DNA of 61,177 nt, counting the filler, from Basidiobolus ranarum (taxonomy: Eukaryota), in NCBI GenBank assembly GCA_040143965.1. It is 11 parts of 11 records of this genome, joined end to end, with 100 filler letters (N's around TTAATTAATTAA, not from the genome) between each part and the next. Parts side by side here need not be neighbours in the genome. Positions count along the whole stretch, not along the records: positions 1 to 5,484 come from JASJQH010008457.1; positions 5,585 to 11,066 come from JASJQH010008458.1; positions 11,167 to 16,646 come from JASJQH010008459.1; 8 more parts are not named here. One strand, written 5' to 3'. A program made the translations under genes and the position numbers. The notes under the pieces were generated by a model that had not been told where the DNA came from, ran no database searches, and saw only the letters and a program-made list of their open reading frames with translations. Below are positions 1 to 11,789 of the stretch, piece after piece. Numbering within the stretch: the first letter of the stretch is position 1; each line of letters begins with the position of its first letter.

Positions 1-317
1 TAGTTAGTTTTTTATTATTCTGCTTATTTAGCACTCAATTCTACCATTCAAAAGCATGTGTCTATTGCTCTAATTAATAGAAATATCAATTATATAACTT
101 TTACTAATTTTCACCATTTTCTTGAAATGTCTCTAAATCACCTCAAATTTCCACCTATGCTTAACACGCATGTTTGTTACAATCTGAGCACATTGAAAAG
201 TCCTGTTTCACAGTAAACAATATATAGGACATATGCAATTGAACAAAACTTAGGTGTCTGATCCACTGGTCCAAATCTTGGCCAAAACACTTCCAAATCC
301 TCTAAACACTTTTATCA
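1..317 (+). mobile_element. LTR family B (Copia-associated), 5'-truncated by the contig start
   Basis: Ends ...CTAAACACTTTTATCA. Homologous to the TSD-flanked solo LTR at 53925-54249 and to 11351-11783. Confidence 0.7.
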
Positions 318-324
318 TTTTCCA

Positions 325-1180
325 GATCTTGCAAAATAGTTGCACATGAATGGCTTCAAAGTCAGAGAACTAAGGATCAACCCATGTGCAAAAAATGTAA
401 CTCAAATGTTCCACATTTGCCACTTAAATGCTCATTTTCACCCTCAAATCCCTAATTTCTTTAATATATTGTTGAAAATAGTTTTAGCAGGTTCTTCATA
501 CCCAAGGTTTAGCTCATATCTAACACCAGTTTTAATCAAAAACCTCATCAAAGCCCACCAATATATAAAAGTTGCTGAATCTACATTCTTCCAGCTATTT
601 GGCTAAAACCCTGCAATATTGTGTCATTCACTATCAAGTTCTTTGCAGAAATCTGCCTGGCAAACACCAGACTGAATATGAAGTTCAAGGTTCTTCTTCT
701 GAACCTACTTTATGCATACTTCTACAATATGTTACAACTCATAATATGAAAATATTCCGTAAGCACTAATACCATTTCTATACATCCTCATTGTGTGACA
801 CTACTTTGAGTGCTTTGCAGAGTTTATGTGGCTTTTTGCTTGTGTTTAAGCTTGGGGCTGATTTCAACACTTTGAAAAGTACCAGTTAAGGTTAAAGAGC
901 TGTGAGTATTATTTAATAGTGCTTTGGCTTGTTGAGAGATGCCAGGTGTTTGATAAACTTCCAAATTTTGCACTCTTCCAAGTGGTGCACCTGGTTGCAT
1001 GGTAAAATTAAACCTTTTTGCACAGCATATCAAACTCTGAAATTGCAGATATTTGTATTGATGTGAAGAATTTAATAAGTGTGACTGAAGAGCCTAAACT
1101 CACTGACTCCTTTGCTTTTCCCTTTGGTTTACTAATTTTGGCTTTTTGAGTACTTCTTTAGCTGCTTTTCTCTCTTTTCC
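325..1180 (-). mobile_element. CACTA-element subterminal region plus degenerate accessory ORF
   Basis: GATCTTGCAAAATAGTTGCACATG block shared with about 5002, 14302 and 16529. Minus strand reads ...SVWCLPGRF...NSWKNVDSATFIYWWALM...YELNLGYEE with stops. Confidence 0.6.
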
Positions 1181-1389
1181 AAGTCAATAATTGTATACAT
1201 TTTTGAGATGTTTATGAAAAGGCCTACACTAGCCTAACTGCCATATGCTTCCAAAAACCCAGGATAAGGCACATGAAATAAGTCACAAACCTTCAGAGTA
1301 AAGCCTGGTATTTGGTTTTTCCATGATGCGCTCAAGTCAAGACACTGCACAGTTTCCAAAATGCAAAACATCTCATCATCAGAGCATGT

Positions 1390-3870
1390 GATGGTGGCAC
1401 TGACATTGAAAGTACTTTGGTTTGCTGGTTATTCCATGATATTTCTACTTTCTTGTGCCAATGCAATTTTGGGCTTTTGTGCAGGCTTAATAGTCCACAA
1501 CAAATTGTACTTGGCATGATTGTGATGGTGATGCTCATATGAATGGTGTGGGATTGATTGAAATCCCATATGCACCAGTGATCTGAAAAACCTGAAGGCT
1601 TGTATTGTTTGCACAAAATTGGCAATCTTTGAATTAGGTGACTACTGTTCATAATTTGCTTATATACTGTTGATTCCCCAAATTAAAGTTTTGATGAAAT
1701 CACCTAAATATAGATCATATATCCAATACCAAAGTAATCACCACAAAGCTGATGGTGTTACCAATATACTTGATGGATATCACTACTAGATTCTGAAAAG
1801 TCAAGGTTTCTTTGAGAACACTTATGTTCATGCATTTGCATTGGCTCTGGATGGCTTCTCATGAAACAAATATACCATTGGAAAGGCTTGCTGACCAATA
1901 ATTTTAATTAACTTGAATCTTCCTCCTTTTGAATGGTATAAGTGCCATGATATTTTTATACTATCCATCATATCTTCACTTAAATCACCAGTGCTCATTG
2001 ATGACTTCTTGGAGCCTTTGATTGCAAAATCTGAACAGTTATGTAATGGGGTTCAGATGGGTGAATATGCTTTTAAAGCTAATATCATTGTATGTTTTAG
2101 TGACACTCCTACCATCAGTAAACTTGGTGGCTTTAGTGGGCACAATGCACTATCTTGCTATAGATTTTTTCAAATTAATGGAGTGTATTCTACCAGGCAT
2201 AAGCATTACTACTATCCAAATACAACACTAAGCTCCATGATTTTACCATCAAGAACCTGGTGACAGTCAACATGATCACTGATAGCAATTCACCAAACAG
2301 TGATTCTAACATCAAACTTGGGATTAGCCATAAGCCTAAAATGAAATAGCTAGAGGCAGAGCTTCCCATTAGGAACTCTGAAAAATGCTATCCAACTGCA
2401 TTCCTATACTACTTTCACAGCTTCATGGTGGAAAATTCAATCTGAATGTGCCATAAAGCATAGAATTAAAGTTTGATGTAATTGGGAAAATGCTTGAAAA
2501 CATCAAGATTCAATCATATTTTTCCAGGACTTTCATCAATATACTCTCATCTATGTGTTTATTCAAGTGCAAAGACCAGAACAATAGGATTTGTATATAT
2601 TCAAGTGGAATCTTGAAAAGATTTCTGCCTGATAAATATTGACAACATTGGGAGTTGTTTGTGGATTTTGTTAATATATTTTTGCAGCATCAATTCATAC
2701 AGGCAAATCTCAGGCTAATTCAGCAAACATACAAAGATTTTATCATTGGATAGGAAAAACTTAATTACAGATTTAAATAAGATAGACTGCATCTATGCTA
2801 ATATTCAATACATTCCCTGCTGCTTCTTTCACAGTGCTTAGATAATTTAGGCCCTTGCTATGCAATCTGGGAGTACTCTTTGGAGCAAACCTATGGTAAA
2901 AGGATGCTCCATGTGAAATTGTTAGTATTTCTATATGCTGATCCAATTAACAATATTTCATCAAAATCAGTGATAGATGTAATGCAATGAGCTAAAGAGA
3001 CTCCAGAGTATATTAACCTTTCAGCAAAGGGCTCTTTTCAATGTGCTCCCAGGTTTTTGCATTGTTTGAACACAATTACAGCAACAAATCTCAATACATG
3101 TACTCACAGTAAGTACCTTTATAATTTGGACAATTTGTTTGTATGTTAAGGTGATATTATTTTTAGCAAAGCTATAAGACAGACTTCATGGTGTGAAAGG
3201 GCAAGCTATGCAGTATTATTGTTTTAGCCATAGTGTAATCTATTCAAGCAATGACACATCTACTTGTATTATGACATTTATTGGCTGCAAGCTATGGATA
3301 TTTTGGCTAAATTCTTTACAGAAATATGCCAAAATTCAAGAGCTCTCATATTCTCACAGTTAACATTAACAAGGGTCAGCTAGTTGCTAAGTATCAATGC
3401 TATTCAAAAGGTCAGATGTTTAGCAATTTTTCCACCATTAGTTGCTGGTAAAGCACATTGATGTTGTTAAGTTATGTCTGATCAGTCAAGTATGTGCATG
3501 TGTAGAGACTAAATACATGAGATTCTTGTTTTTTTTGATTCTCATTATGGCTGGAATAGAAAGCCAAAAATATCTAAATAAAGGCTTGAATATTGATTCA
3601 AGTTCCTACAGCAGTAAACCAATTAATTTGCCATTCAAAAATTAGATTTAGGCAAGTATTGTGGGAAGTTAAATAACATATGCCAGATATGAGGATCAAT
3701 AATTTCACTTGTAAGAATACAATCAAAATATCATCAAGAAGCCACCGTCTCACCTCCAAGATCCCTGGCAGAATGCAAGCCACCAATATTGTGAAGGTTC
3801 TCTGACAGTTTTGCCATTTAGAAGGGTGGATCCAATCCAGATCAAATTGATATTATTTTTGTTGGGGATC
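1390..3870 (+). mobile_element. Degenerate CACTA/EnSpm (Tnp2/Transposase_21-like) transposase
   Basis: NLPP..YK..IFILSII..KSP..IDDFLEPLI...D.P.ISKLGGFSGH..C motif (ORF 1913-2263). Downstream ICIYSSGILKRFLPDKY*QHWELFV. Many stops and frameshifts; boundaries approximate. Confidence 0.8.
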
Positions 3871-3904
3871 TGATTAATAATGTATCGTCAAAACTGGTGA
3901 TGAA

Positions 3905-4760
3905 TGGAATCCAATGGGTTAATGAGACTTGGGACTATATTCACCTTTGAACAAAGGGCTCTTGTCAATGTACTCATGTGTTTTTGCATTGTTTGAGCAA
4001 AATAACAGGAACACAACCCAATCTATGGACACAGAGTAAGTAATCAATAATTTAGAATATTTTATTTGTGTGATAATCTGATGCTATTTCTAGCCAAACA
4101 GACTTCTTAGTAAGATTGACCTTGATATGCAGTATCTTTGTTTTAGCCATAGGGTAATCTATTCAAGCAATAACACATCTGCTTGTTGCAGGATACTTGT
4201 TGACTTGGAGTTGGGAATATTTTGCCTAACTTTTTTACTGGTATTTGCCAAAATCCAAAAGCCTGTAATAATTGTGAATTGTAACAAGAGTCAGCTATTT
4301 GCCAAGTGTCAGTGATATTTAAAATCTCAGATGTTTAGCAATTTTATACTGCTAGTTTGCTGCTAAAGCATATTGATGATGTTGAGTTATGTTTGTTCTG
4401 TCCAGTGTGTGCATATGTGGAGATTAAACATAACAAGATTCTTGTATCTCTTGATTCTTATCATGGCTGGAATACAAAGCTACAAATATCTAAATAATGG
4501 CACATATATTAATTTGAACTCCATAGCAGTAAACTCAGTAATTTGTCATTAAAAAATTATTGGAAAGCAAATAACACATGCCAACAATGAGAATCAATAT
4601 TTTACCATGTATGAATACCATCATAATACAGTCAAGGGGCTGCCATCTCACCATCAAACTCCTTGGCAGAATGTAAGCCCCAACACTGTGACAGTCCTCA
4701 AATTGTTTTGCAATCCAGTGGGATGGATTCAATCAGGATCAATTGATTTTATTTTTTTAG
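3905..4760 (+). repeat. Diverged tandem copy of the transposon 3' region (about 2980-3870)
   Basis: Collinear similarity, e.g. AAAGGGCTCTT.TCAATGT.CTC at 3027 and 3954, and GAT.CAATC..GATCAA.TTGAT at about 3830 and 4727. Confidence 0.75.
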
Positions 4761-4857
4761 GCTAGACATTTATTTAAATGTAAAGACTGGAAGTATTGGA
4801 TTTGTATATATTCAAATGGAATTTTGAAACATTTCTGCCTGATGAGTGTTGGTAATG

Positions 4858-5484
4858 CCCTAATAGAAGTTTGAGGGCTGTTATTGAAGGAAAACTGTTA
4901 CAATTTTAATCCATTTTGAATTGACTATTTACTTACTATCATCAAATTGTCAAGTTAAATTTAGTGTTAATCAATTTTTCAATTACAGAGGTGATATTTG
5001 AAGATCTTGCAAAATAGTTGCACATGATTGGCTGCAATTTCAGAGAACTTTGGATAAACATATGTGCAAAAAATGTAACTCAAATGTTCCACATTTGCCA
5101 CTTAAATACTAATTTGTCACCTTGAAAATCCTTAGTCTGTTTGATATATTCTCCTAAATACTTTCATAGAGTTCTTCATACCCAAGGTTTAGCTCATACC
5201 CAACACAAGTTTGTATCAATATCTCCATCAAACCCCACCATTGTATTAATGTTGCTGAATCAACATTCTTCCAGCTATCTGGTGGATATGCTGCAATAGG
5301 GTGCACTCTGTATTAAGTTCTTGCCCAATATCTGCTTGGTCAACACCAGACTGAATGTAAATTTGAATGTTCTTGTCAAAAGCAACTTTCTGCATACTTG
5401 CACTGCATTTTTCCTTCATACTTTTGAAAATACTCCTCAAGCACTTTTACTATTCTCATACTTCCTTGTAGTGTGACACTACTG
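4858..5484 (+). mobile_element. CACTA-like element terminus (CCCTAATAG...), subterminal region and accessory ORF 3' end, inserted in a transposase fragment
   Basis: Same terminus at 16385 (CACTAACAG) and 39157 minus (CCCTAACAG). The preceding 4780-4857 is a transposase piece (KDWKYWICIYSNGIL). Confidence 0.6.
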
Positions 5485-5584
5485 NNNNNNNNNNNNNNNN
5501 NNNNNNNNNNNNNNNNNNNNNNNNNNNNTTAATTAATTAANNNNNNNNNNNNNNNNNNNNNNNNNNNNNNNNNNNNNNNNNNNN
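5485..5584. other. Artificial contig linker N44-TTAATTAATTAA-N44 (first of 10)
   Basis: Identical 100-nt linkers at 5485-5584, 11067-11166, 16647-16746, 22223-22322, 27798-27897, 33369-33468, 38937-39036, 44502-44601, 50064-50163 and 55622-55721. The 12-mer places stops in all six frames. Contig lengths decrease monotonically. Confidence 0.98.
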
Positions 5585-6347
5585 CTATTAGGATTAGGAT
5601 TGTTGGAATTCGAATTGTCAGGTGTTGACGTTGTCATGATTCACCCAACTAGATATAATGACGAATTATTGACTCTTTGTTCCTAGAAATATCCAAGAAA
5701 ATTCGTAAACAGAGGTACTGGACAGATTTTGAGCCCAAATTTGCAAGAAATCTCAACGGGAATATGAACAAACGGGACGCTTTGAGAAGGACAAGAAATA
5801 AATCAGTCTCGAGAAATAGATCCACCAATAAAACTTCTCTGTTGAAAATTTTCATGATTGAATCGATTTTGGATAAAAAAGTGATTTGAATGCAGATTCT
5901 AGATTATTAGAGACGTTACTAGATGGGAAAATTCGTCCCCCGAAATCAACAAAGATGTGGTAATAGCCAACAATTACCGAATGATGACGACAGAGAATCT
6001 GCTATGTCATCATTCACTCGATGATCATTATTCTTGAACAGTTGGTTCCGTCCGAATTCGGCCCTAGTTCTCATTACTAATAACTGAATAGGGTTAAGGG
6101 TTCAAGAATAACTCAACCGTTACCCACAGGGATAGTACAGAAACCCCAACCCTCCACAGCAATCTGAGTTCATATTGTTAAATGCCAATGTATATATAGA
6201 ATAGCACATTGCTTGTGAATACAAATACACATACAATATTTAAAGCTTTATTAAATAGAGACAAATGAAGAAGCAACGAATTTACAATTATATAATCTTT
6301 CAAAGGAGGTGCTGAAATAACATAATCTACTGGACTGCATATTTCAT

Positions 6348-6557
6348 CTACTCTGAATGTACCCAGCGCAGGTTTCTACAGCATTTTTTTGAAGGTTTAC
6401 TGTCCAATGCTTGCTGTAAAGAATAGGGTTCTTCTTGTTCTGTTTCTTCATACGAGCGTTTCAACTTCAAGGTGAATGTACGTGGGGAAATTTTGGGAGT
6501 TGGCGGGGTTAGGTATATGTCAGGTATTGTACAAAGATCTTCACAGAGGATCTCCAT
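6348..6557 (-). CDS. Small hypothetical protein (69 aa from first ATG) with IPDIYLTPPTP motif
   Basis: Open frame in CpG-retaining genic DNA. The first ATG is at 6557 (the track start is TTG). AT-rich 3' flank. Confidence 0.45.
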   Translation of the reverse strand: MEILCEDLCTIPDIYLTPPTPKISPRTFTLKLKRSYEETEQEEPYSLQQALDSKPSKKCCRNLRWVHSE

Positions 6558-7540
6558 TTCCGCCAAGAAAAATAACAGTCTTGTATTGTCCAAGCTTTAC
6601 TTTGTTTCTCTGTTTAAACGAGTTGCCAACCAAAACAGACAAACAGGAGCACAGATAAGTGTAAACTGAAGATATCCAGAATAATAGATATTTTATTGTT
6701 TGAATGATTGGTGGTCGATGTAATAATGATCGCTAAGTATAACGCGTAAACAGATTCAGTGGATCATCGACTATTCGTTGCTTCCTCTCACAAAAGTAGA
6801 AGTTGAAGGTCAGAGGTTACCAGTACCCAATACAATCCACTTGACAATGCTTTTATACACAGCGTTTGTGCTCCCCAAATCGATTGCTTCATCATTATCA
6901 TTCAGATCCAACGCGAGATAATTTAATAGTTGCATCAAGATACATCCCAACATGCGGTGCCCACATATAATCGAGAGATCTCCCGAATTTACTGATCATT
7001 TAGTGCGGTTGTTCGTTGACCCTTATTTGTTGGAGCCGATTATCGTTCAATAATATAGTGGTTGTGTGATCGTAGCTTTGGTTCTTGTTTGATGGTTCAG
7101 TATTAATTTCATATTCTGCATTGTCGAATGAGAGGCAGACTTAGGTAATGTGAGTGTAATATACCTTGATCTTATTGATATGGTATTACATATGCACAAC
7201 TGAGCTTAACCGAACAAGCACAGTTCGAGCATATATTTGCTTGGTAATTTTGCTTGGACAATATGCCTTTCCTAGATAAACCTATCTCTTCCTCACTCAA
7301 CCCCTTTCTCATTGTTTCATTCAGCACTTTCACTTATCATACATATATTTAGCATTTCCGTTTTCATTCTGCTCATTCAGTTTGAAATTTAGTTATCAAA
7401 CTCATTTCTTATTTTTATCAGGTTAACAAGTCGAAAGTTCTTCAAACATTCCCCAAATATTTTTGTTTGAATATTTTTCTCCCTTTCCCCCGCTATAACA
7501 CCATATCTGTATTTGTTTCATCTCCAAGGTAACTTCAGCA

Positions 7541-8400
7541 ATGCAAGCAGAAAAGGAACAAATGGAGTTAAACGACACCCATCCACCAAGTTATAATAGT
7601 CTTTATCCAAGAGATAGCGAAGAGATACCCGAGCTAAAGGGTAAAGATGATAAGACCCCCATCAACAATGTGATCGCATCAATAAACCGTATGAGTACAC
7701 ACACTCCTAGATACCAGGACCAATGCGCCAGTTTGAGTGAGAACCAGAAGATAAGAATAAGTGCAGCTACTTTAGCCAAAGATATCAATCGACTATCACG
7801 CGGACAATATGCTAACCAGAGAGCCGTACCCAGTAGTCAGATACTGATTCAAACTTTATCACAATATAACCAGCAAGGTCTAGCCTCACAACGTTTCACG
7901 ATGACCGAAGGTCAGCAAAGAAACCTAGATCTGGCAAGGGTTAGTAACTTGGTCAGTAAAATGGAAAGTTCTCGTTTGGAGAATCAAGTAAGTTGCTCAC
8001 AATTTCACACTGTTCTACATTGTTAGATATTGTCGATTTGTTAAAGCTAACTTAAATGCATGACTTTCAGGATTGGAAGTGTCGCTCACAGGTGTGCGAA
8101 GAAGAACTCGAGGAGATTTTAAAACATCTAAATGTCCCCGAAGATGCACCATTAAATTTGCAACGGTATGCACTCTCGGGGCATCAACAACGTGACATGT
8201 TTATCCGAGATATATTAGGTAGAATTGGAAAGCTTGAAGAGTTTCGAATGATGGATCAAGATGCTGAGCCGCACACTGTTCGCAAAGAACAGGACTTTGC
8301 CGATCTTGAAAGATCCTTGGATCGTCTTCCACCAGCAATGAATGATCAGCGTGCCATTTGTATAAGAAGGCATCGTTGTTTCGTCCCCATGGAGTCCTGA
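7541..8400 (+). CDS. Uncharacterised 258-aa repeat protein with GoLoco-like repeats; exons 7541-7987 and 8071-8400
   Basis: GTAAGT donor at 7988, GCTAAC branch point and CAG acceptor at 8070 join the two ORFs in frame. Seven helix + xxQ(R/D/C) repeats and an N-terminal PPSY. Confidence 0.8.
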
Positions 8401-8686
8401 ATTTATTTCCTTGGCCATCCAATTATTCATTTAATTAGCACATATTTTAGACACTATTCTCATTCTTAATCGCATGGTCAAAGAGCTTCAACAAAAAAGG
8501 ATTTCTAACGGAAAACCATATATCCAGGATATATTCGGAAGAACACACATCTTGTAGGATCTTTCCATTTCTCTCGCTGCTTTCAATCAGCAGGAAATAT
8601 TGTTTTCACTTGGTTGATGCCCATGCACTTCGTAGTTGTTATAATAAACCAATGCAGATGTAACATAAACCACTGGTCTATAATTT

Positions 8687-9699
8687 TTATTCAAAACCAT
8701 ACTTCTTCTTGGTTAATTTAATAATAAGGTCAGGCATTAAAAGTTTCAACCATTGAATCGCGTAGTACTTCATAGGTAAAATGATTTCTCTTTCACAGGC
8801 ATCTGATGCTTCGATAACCTTTTGAGCAACAGACTCTGGACTTAGTTTTCCTTTTTTAGATCCGTGCACCTCTTTGTTTGAAGTGTCTTTCACATCCACA
8901 GCAGATGAACGTAAATCAGTATCAATAGTACCCGGGCATACTAAACACACGTGAACTCCATATTTCTCAACCTCCATGCGGAGTGAATCAAAGAAACCAT
9001 TGAGTGCGTGCTTACTAGCTGAATATAAACTTCTGGAAGGAGCGCCGGCCTTACCACCCATCGAAGATATCACCACAACATTACCTGATGATTTAATTAA
9101 AGCTGGAAGGAATGCTTGTGTAGCTAAGACTGGACCAGTGAAGTTGATGTCCATAATCTTGCTTAATGAAGTAGCCAAGCTCACGCGAGAAGCTTCGTCA
9201 TTTGTGTCAATTTCCTGTGTAGCTTCATTGTATCCAATGAGTTCGACGAAAGGAAGAACAGATATAACTCCGGAGCAAAGAATTAGCGTATCAACTCCAC
9301 CCATCTTTTCCAGTGATACATTTTTTACTTTCTCGAGGTCTTTTTCCTGAGTAATGTCAGCGACAACATATTCAACGGTAGAAGTAGCTCCCAGAGACAG
9401 GCACTCATCTCTAACTTCTATCAACTGGGCTTCTCTTCTGGCACATATGATAAGTTTAGCACCCCGCTGTGCATATTTCAAAGCTAATTGTAATTTTGAA
9501 AGATGAATATACATTGGGAAACAACCCATTATAAAGAGAACTGTATACCTAGAACTTTTCCAAGACCGGAAGAGGCACCAATAATAACCACACGCTCCTC
9601 AGTAGGAGGGAGGCGTGGTGCTGGTGTCGCCCATGAGTTTTTCACCCAGCTTAAAAACGCTACAGAGCTTGCAATTCCAAATATCGACAAGTAAGACAT
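8687..9699 (-). CDS. Short-chain dehydrogenase/reductase (DHRS7/11beta-HSD-like), 315 aa; exons 9699-9549 and 9483-8687
   Basis: N-terminal hydrophobic segment and VVIIGASSGLG NAD(P) motif in exon 1. 65-nt GT-AG intron at 9548-9484. Catalytic S...YSASK and CPG motif. Confidence 0.92.
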
Positions 9700-10601
9700 G
9701 TGGATTAATCACTGACGCACCACTTTAAAGCATAGTATTTTATAGTATAAAGCAACATCTGGGTAAATGCTTGTGCAACAACAATAATGTATTATTGGCT
9801 AGGCTCGAGTATCTCGGATTTATCAATTACTGAGATCTACGAGGGAAAAGCATGTGAATGTCTTCTCTGAGTTAAAAGGCTCCAGATTGAAATTCCATCC
9901 ATCTCCAGTACACTTTTGGAAGATTTGACAGGGCACTAGGAAGAGCAAAGGATTGACCCCTGAATTGAAGCAACGCACTCGCAAGTATACGCACAGCCAC
10001 TGCTCAAACAAAAAAACAAGGCTCAGGAGCAAAGCCATAGTTAAAATAGTGGCTTCAAGTGATCCAAAACAATGTCCGGAATTAGTATCGTGTCATGAAT
10101 TAGATAGGCCAATTTCAAGTTGGGTAATTCAATATACACATTGTAGGTCACAAAACAAACATTCTATTGTTCCACATCATCCTCAGAATTAGGGTTAGGG
10201 TCAGAACCAAGCATGGAGTGGATTTCTGGAATCTGAAAAAAACAATGCGAAAATTTTTTCTTTTAGGATTTGTTATCAAAATTGATCAAGATCCATGTAA
10301 TTAGATTTATATACGAAAACCTACCTCGATCTCGATCGTGGAAAAATAGGGTATTTTTGTCAACGCTTATTGATTTGTACCCTTAGTTTTCCCTGACAGG
10401 TTATTGTTTGCTCATTCTTTGAAATAGGCTACAGTAAAGTTGTGGTACTATATTTCCTTGACTCTAGGAGAACCAAATTCTTTTGCAGAAATTTCTCTTT
10501 TGCCTTCATTGTAGCAGGGCATCGATATAGATTCTTTTCTAAGTACAAAGCGCTTCTCAAGATTGTAAAAATAGTCTGTTGACAGATAGATCAAACAAAT
10601 T

Positions 10602-11066
10602 ATGACCACTCAGCAGTCTTTTTCTGAGTCTTTGCCTTTTCAACAAGAAAGGTCAACAGATTCCCAGCAAGCTACTGGTAACAGATTACGTCCAATTTCT
10701 GAAATCATCGCTTCAAAGTCTTTCAAAACTTCCGAAGGTTTGTTTACTAAAGATCTTACCTAACATTATTTCAGTCCTATTTAACATTTTCTATCTATCA
10801 GATACCTGGAATGAAGATCTGGCCCAATACGAAAGAACTTTAGAAGATATGAGCTCAGCTAATCTGGACCAAAATTTTAAAGAAGAGTTGAATGCCATCC
10901 AGCAATGGTACAAAACCTTATCTGAATCCGAAAAAACTGCAGCCATGTACAGCCTGCTTCAGTTCTCTACTCCTGTTCAGATACAATTCTTTATTGTTGC
11001 TCTCTTACAACTTGCTAATAAGGAACCGATGAAGCCTGTGTTATCTTCTGATAGTGTTGGAAAAAG
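10602..11066 (+). CDS. VTS1: Vts1/Smaug-family RNA-binding protein, N-terminal part (3' truncated by contig end); intron 10738-10801
   Basis: RLRPISE...W.EDL.QYERTLEDMSSANLDQNFKEELNAIQQWY..LSESEKTAAMYSLLQ...VQIQFFI, the conserved fungal Vts1 N-terminal block. The SAM domain is not in the window. Confidence 0.85.
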
Positions 11067-11166
11067 NNNNNNNNNNNNNNNNNNNNNNNNNNNNNNNNNN
11101 NNNNNNNNNNTTAATTAATTAANNNNNNNNNNNNNNNNNNNNNNNNNNNNNNNNNNNNNNNNNNNN

Positions 11167-11487
11167 GTGTAAGCTATAAAAATCACTATATGGACTTAAA
11201 CAATCAACCAGGGCCTGGTACACTAACATAGATACATACTTGAAATCACTTGGTTGACATCTTAACCAAACCTTTAGTTAGAGTACAATTTGAATTATTC
11301 AGTGATAAATGGGGTTTTAGAGAAATGCAAAATTGTTAGTTAAGTGGAAATGTTGAAGTTAGGTAAATAGCTACCCATTATATAGTAGTTTGCTTATTCA
11401 TATTGCAATTCCTTAGCACTGAAGTCTTGTATTCAAAAGTGTGTGTTTATTGCAAAACACTTCATAATCCCCTAAACACTTTCATCA
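11167..11487 (+). mobile_element. Internally deleted Ty1/Copia 3' end: RT fragment, RNase H end, PPT, shortened family-B LTR
   Basis: CKL*KSLYGLKQSTRAWY joined directly to DILTKPL...F. TTAAGTGGAAA PPT-like tract, then TGTTGAAG at 11351 through ...CACTTTCATCA at 11487. Confidence 0.8.
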
Positions 11488-11783
11488 AATTAGACACTTA
11501 GGTTTTATTGAATCAAATTTGTCCTATTTGTAGTTTACTATAAAATAGAACTATTGGATGTGCCTGGATCATAACAAACATGCCTGTTAATCATGGGTGA
11601 AAATTTGAGGCGATTTAGAAAGATTTAAGAAAATAGTGAAGATTGGTAAACATGAACTGATTTGTTTATCTATTAATTGGAGAAATGAACACACATTTTT
11701 GAACAGAAGAATGGAGTGCTAAATAATCAAAGCATGAACAAAATAATAACTAAATAATGGGTTGCTTTTTACTCAATTTCAAC
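11488..11783 (-). mobile_element. LTR family B copy (inverted)
   Basis: Collinear with about 53980-54249 and the reverse complement of about 1-260. Confidence 0.7.
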
Positions 11784-11789
11784 TTTTGC

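Noticed and set aside
5529-5540. TTAATTAATTAA recurring every 5.6 kb or so as a biological repeat
   Set aside because: Always embedded in N44 padding; it is a synthetic six-frame stop linker.
8976-9350. Antisense ORFs over SDR, GH5, THADA and KRE6
   Set aside because: They are shadow frames of the real genes on the opposite strand.
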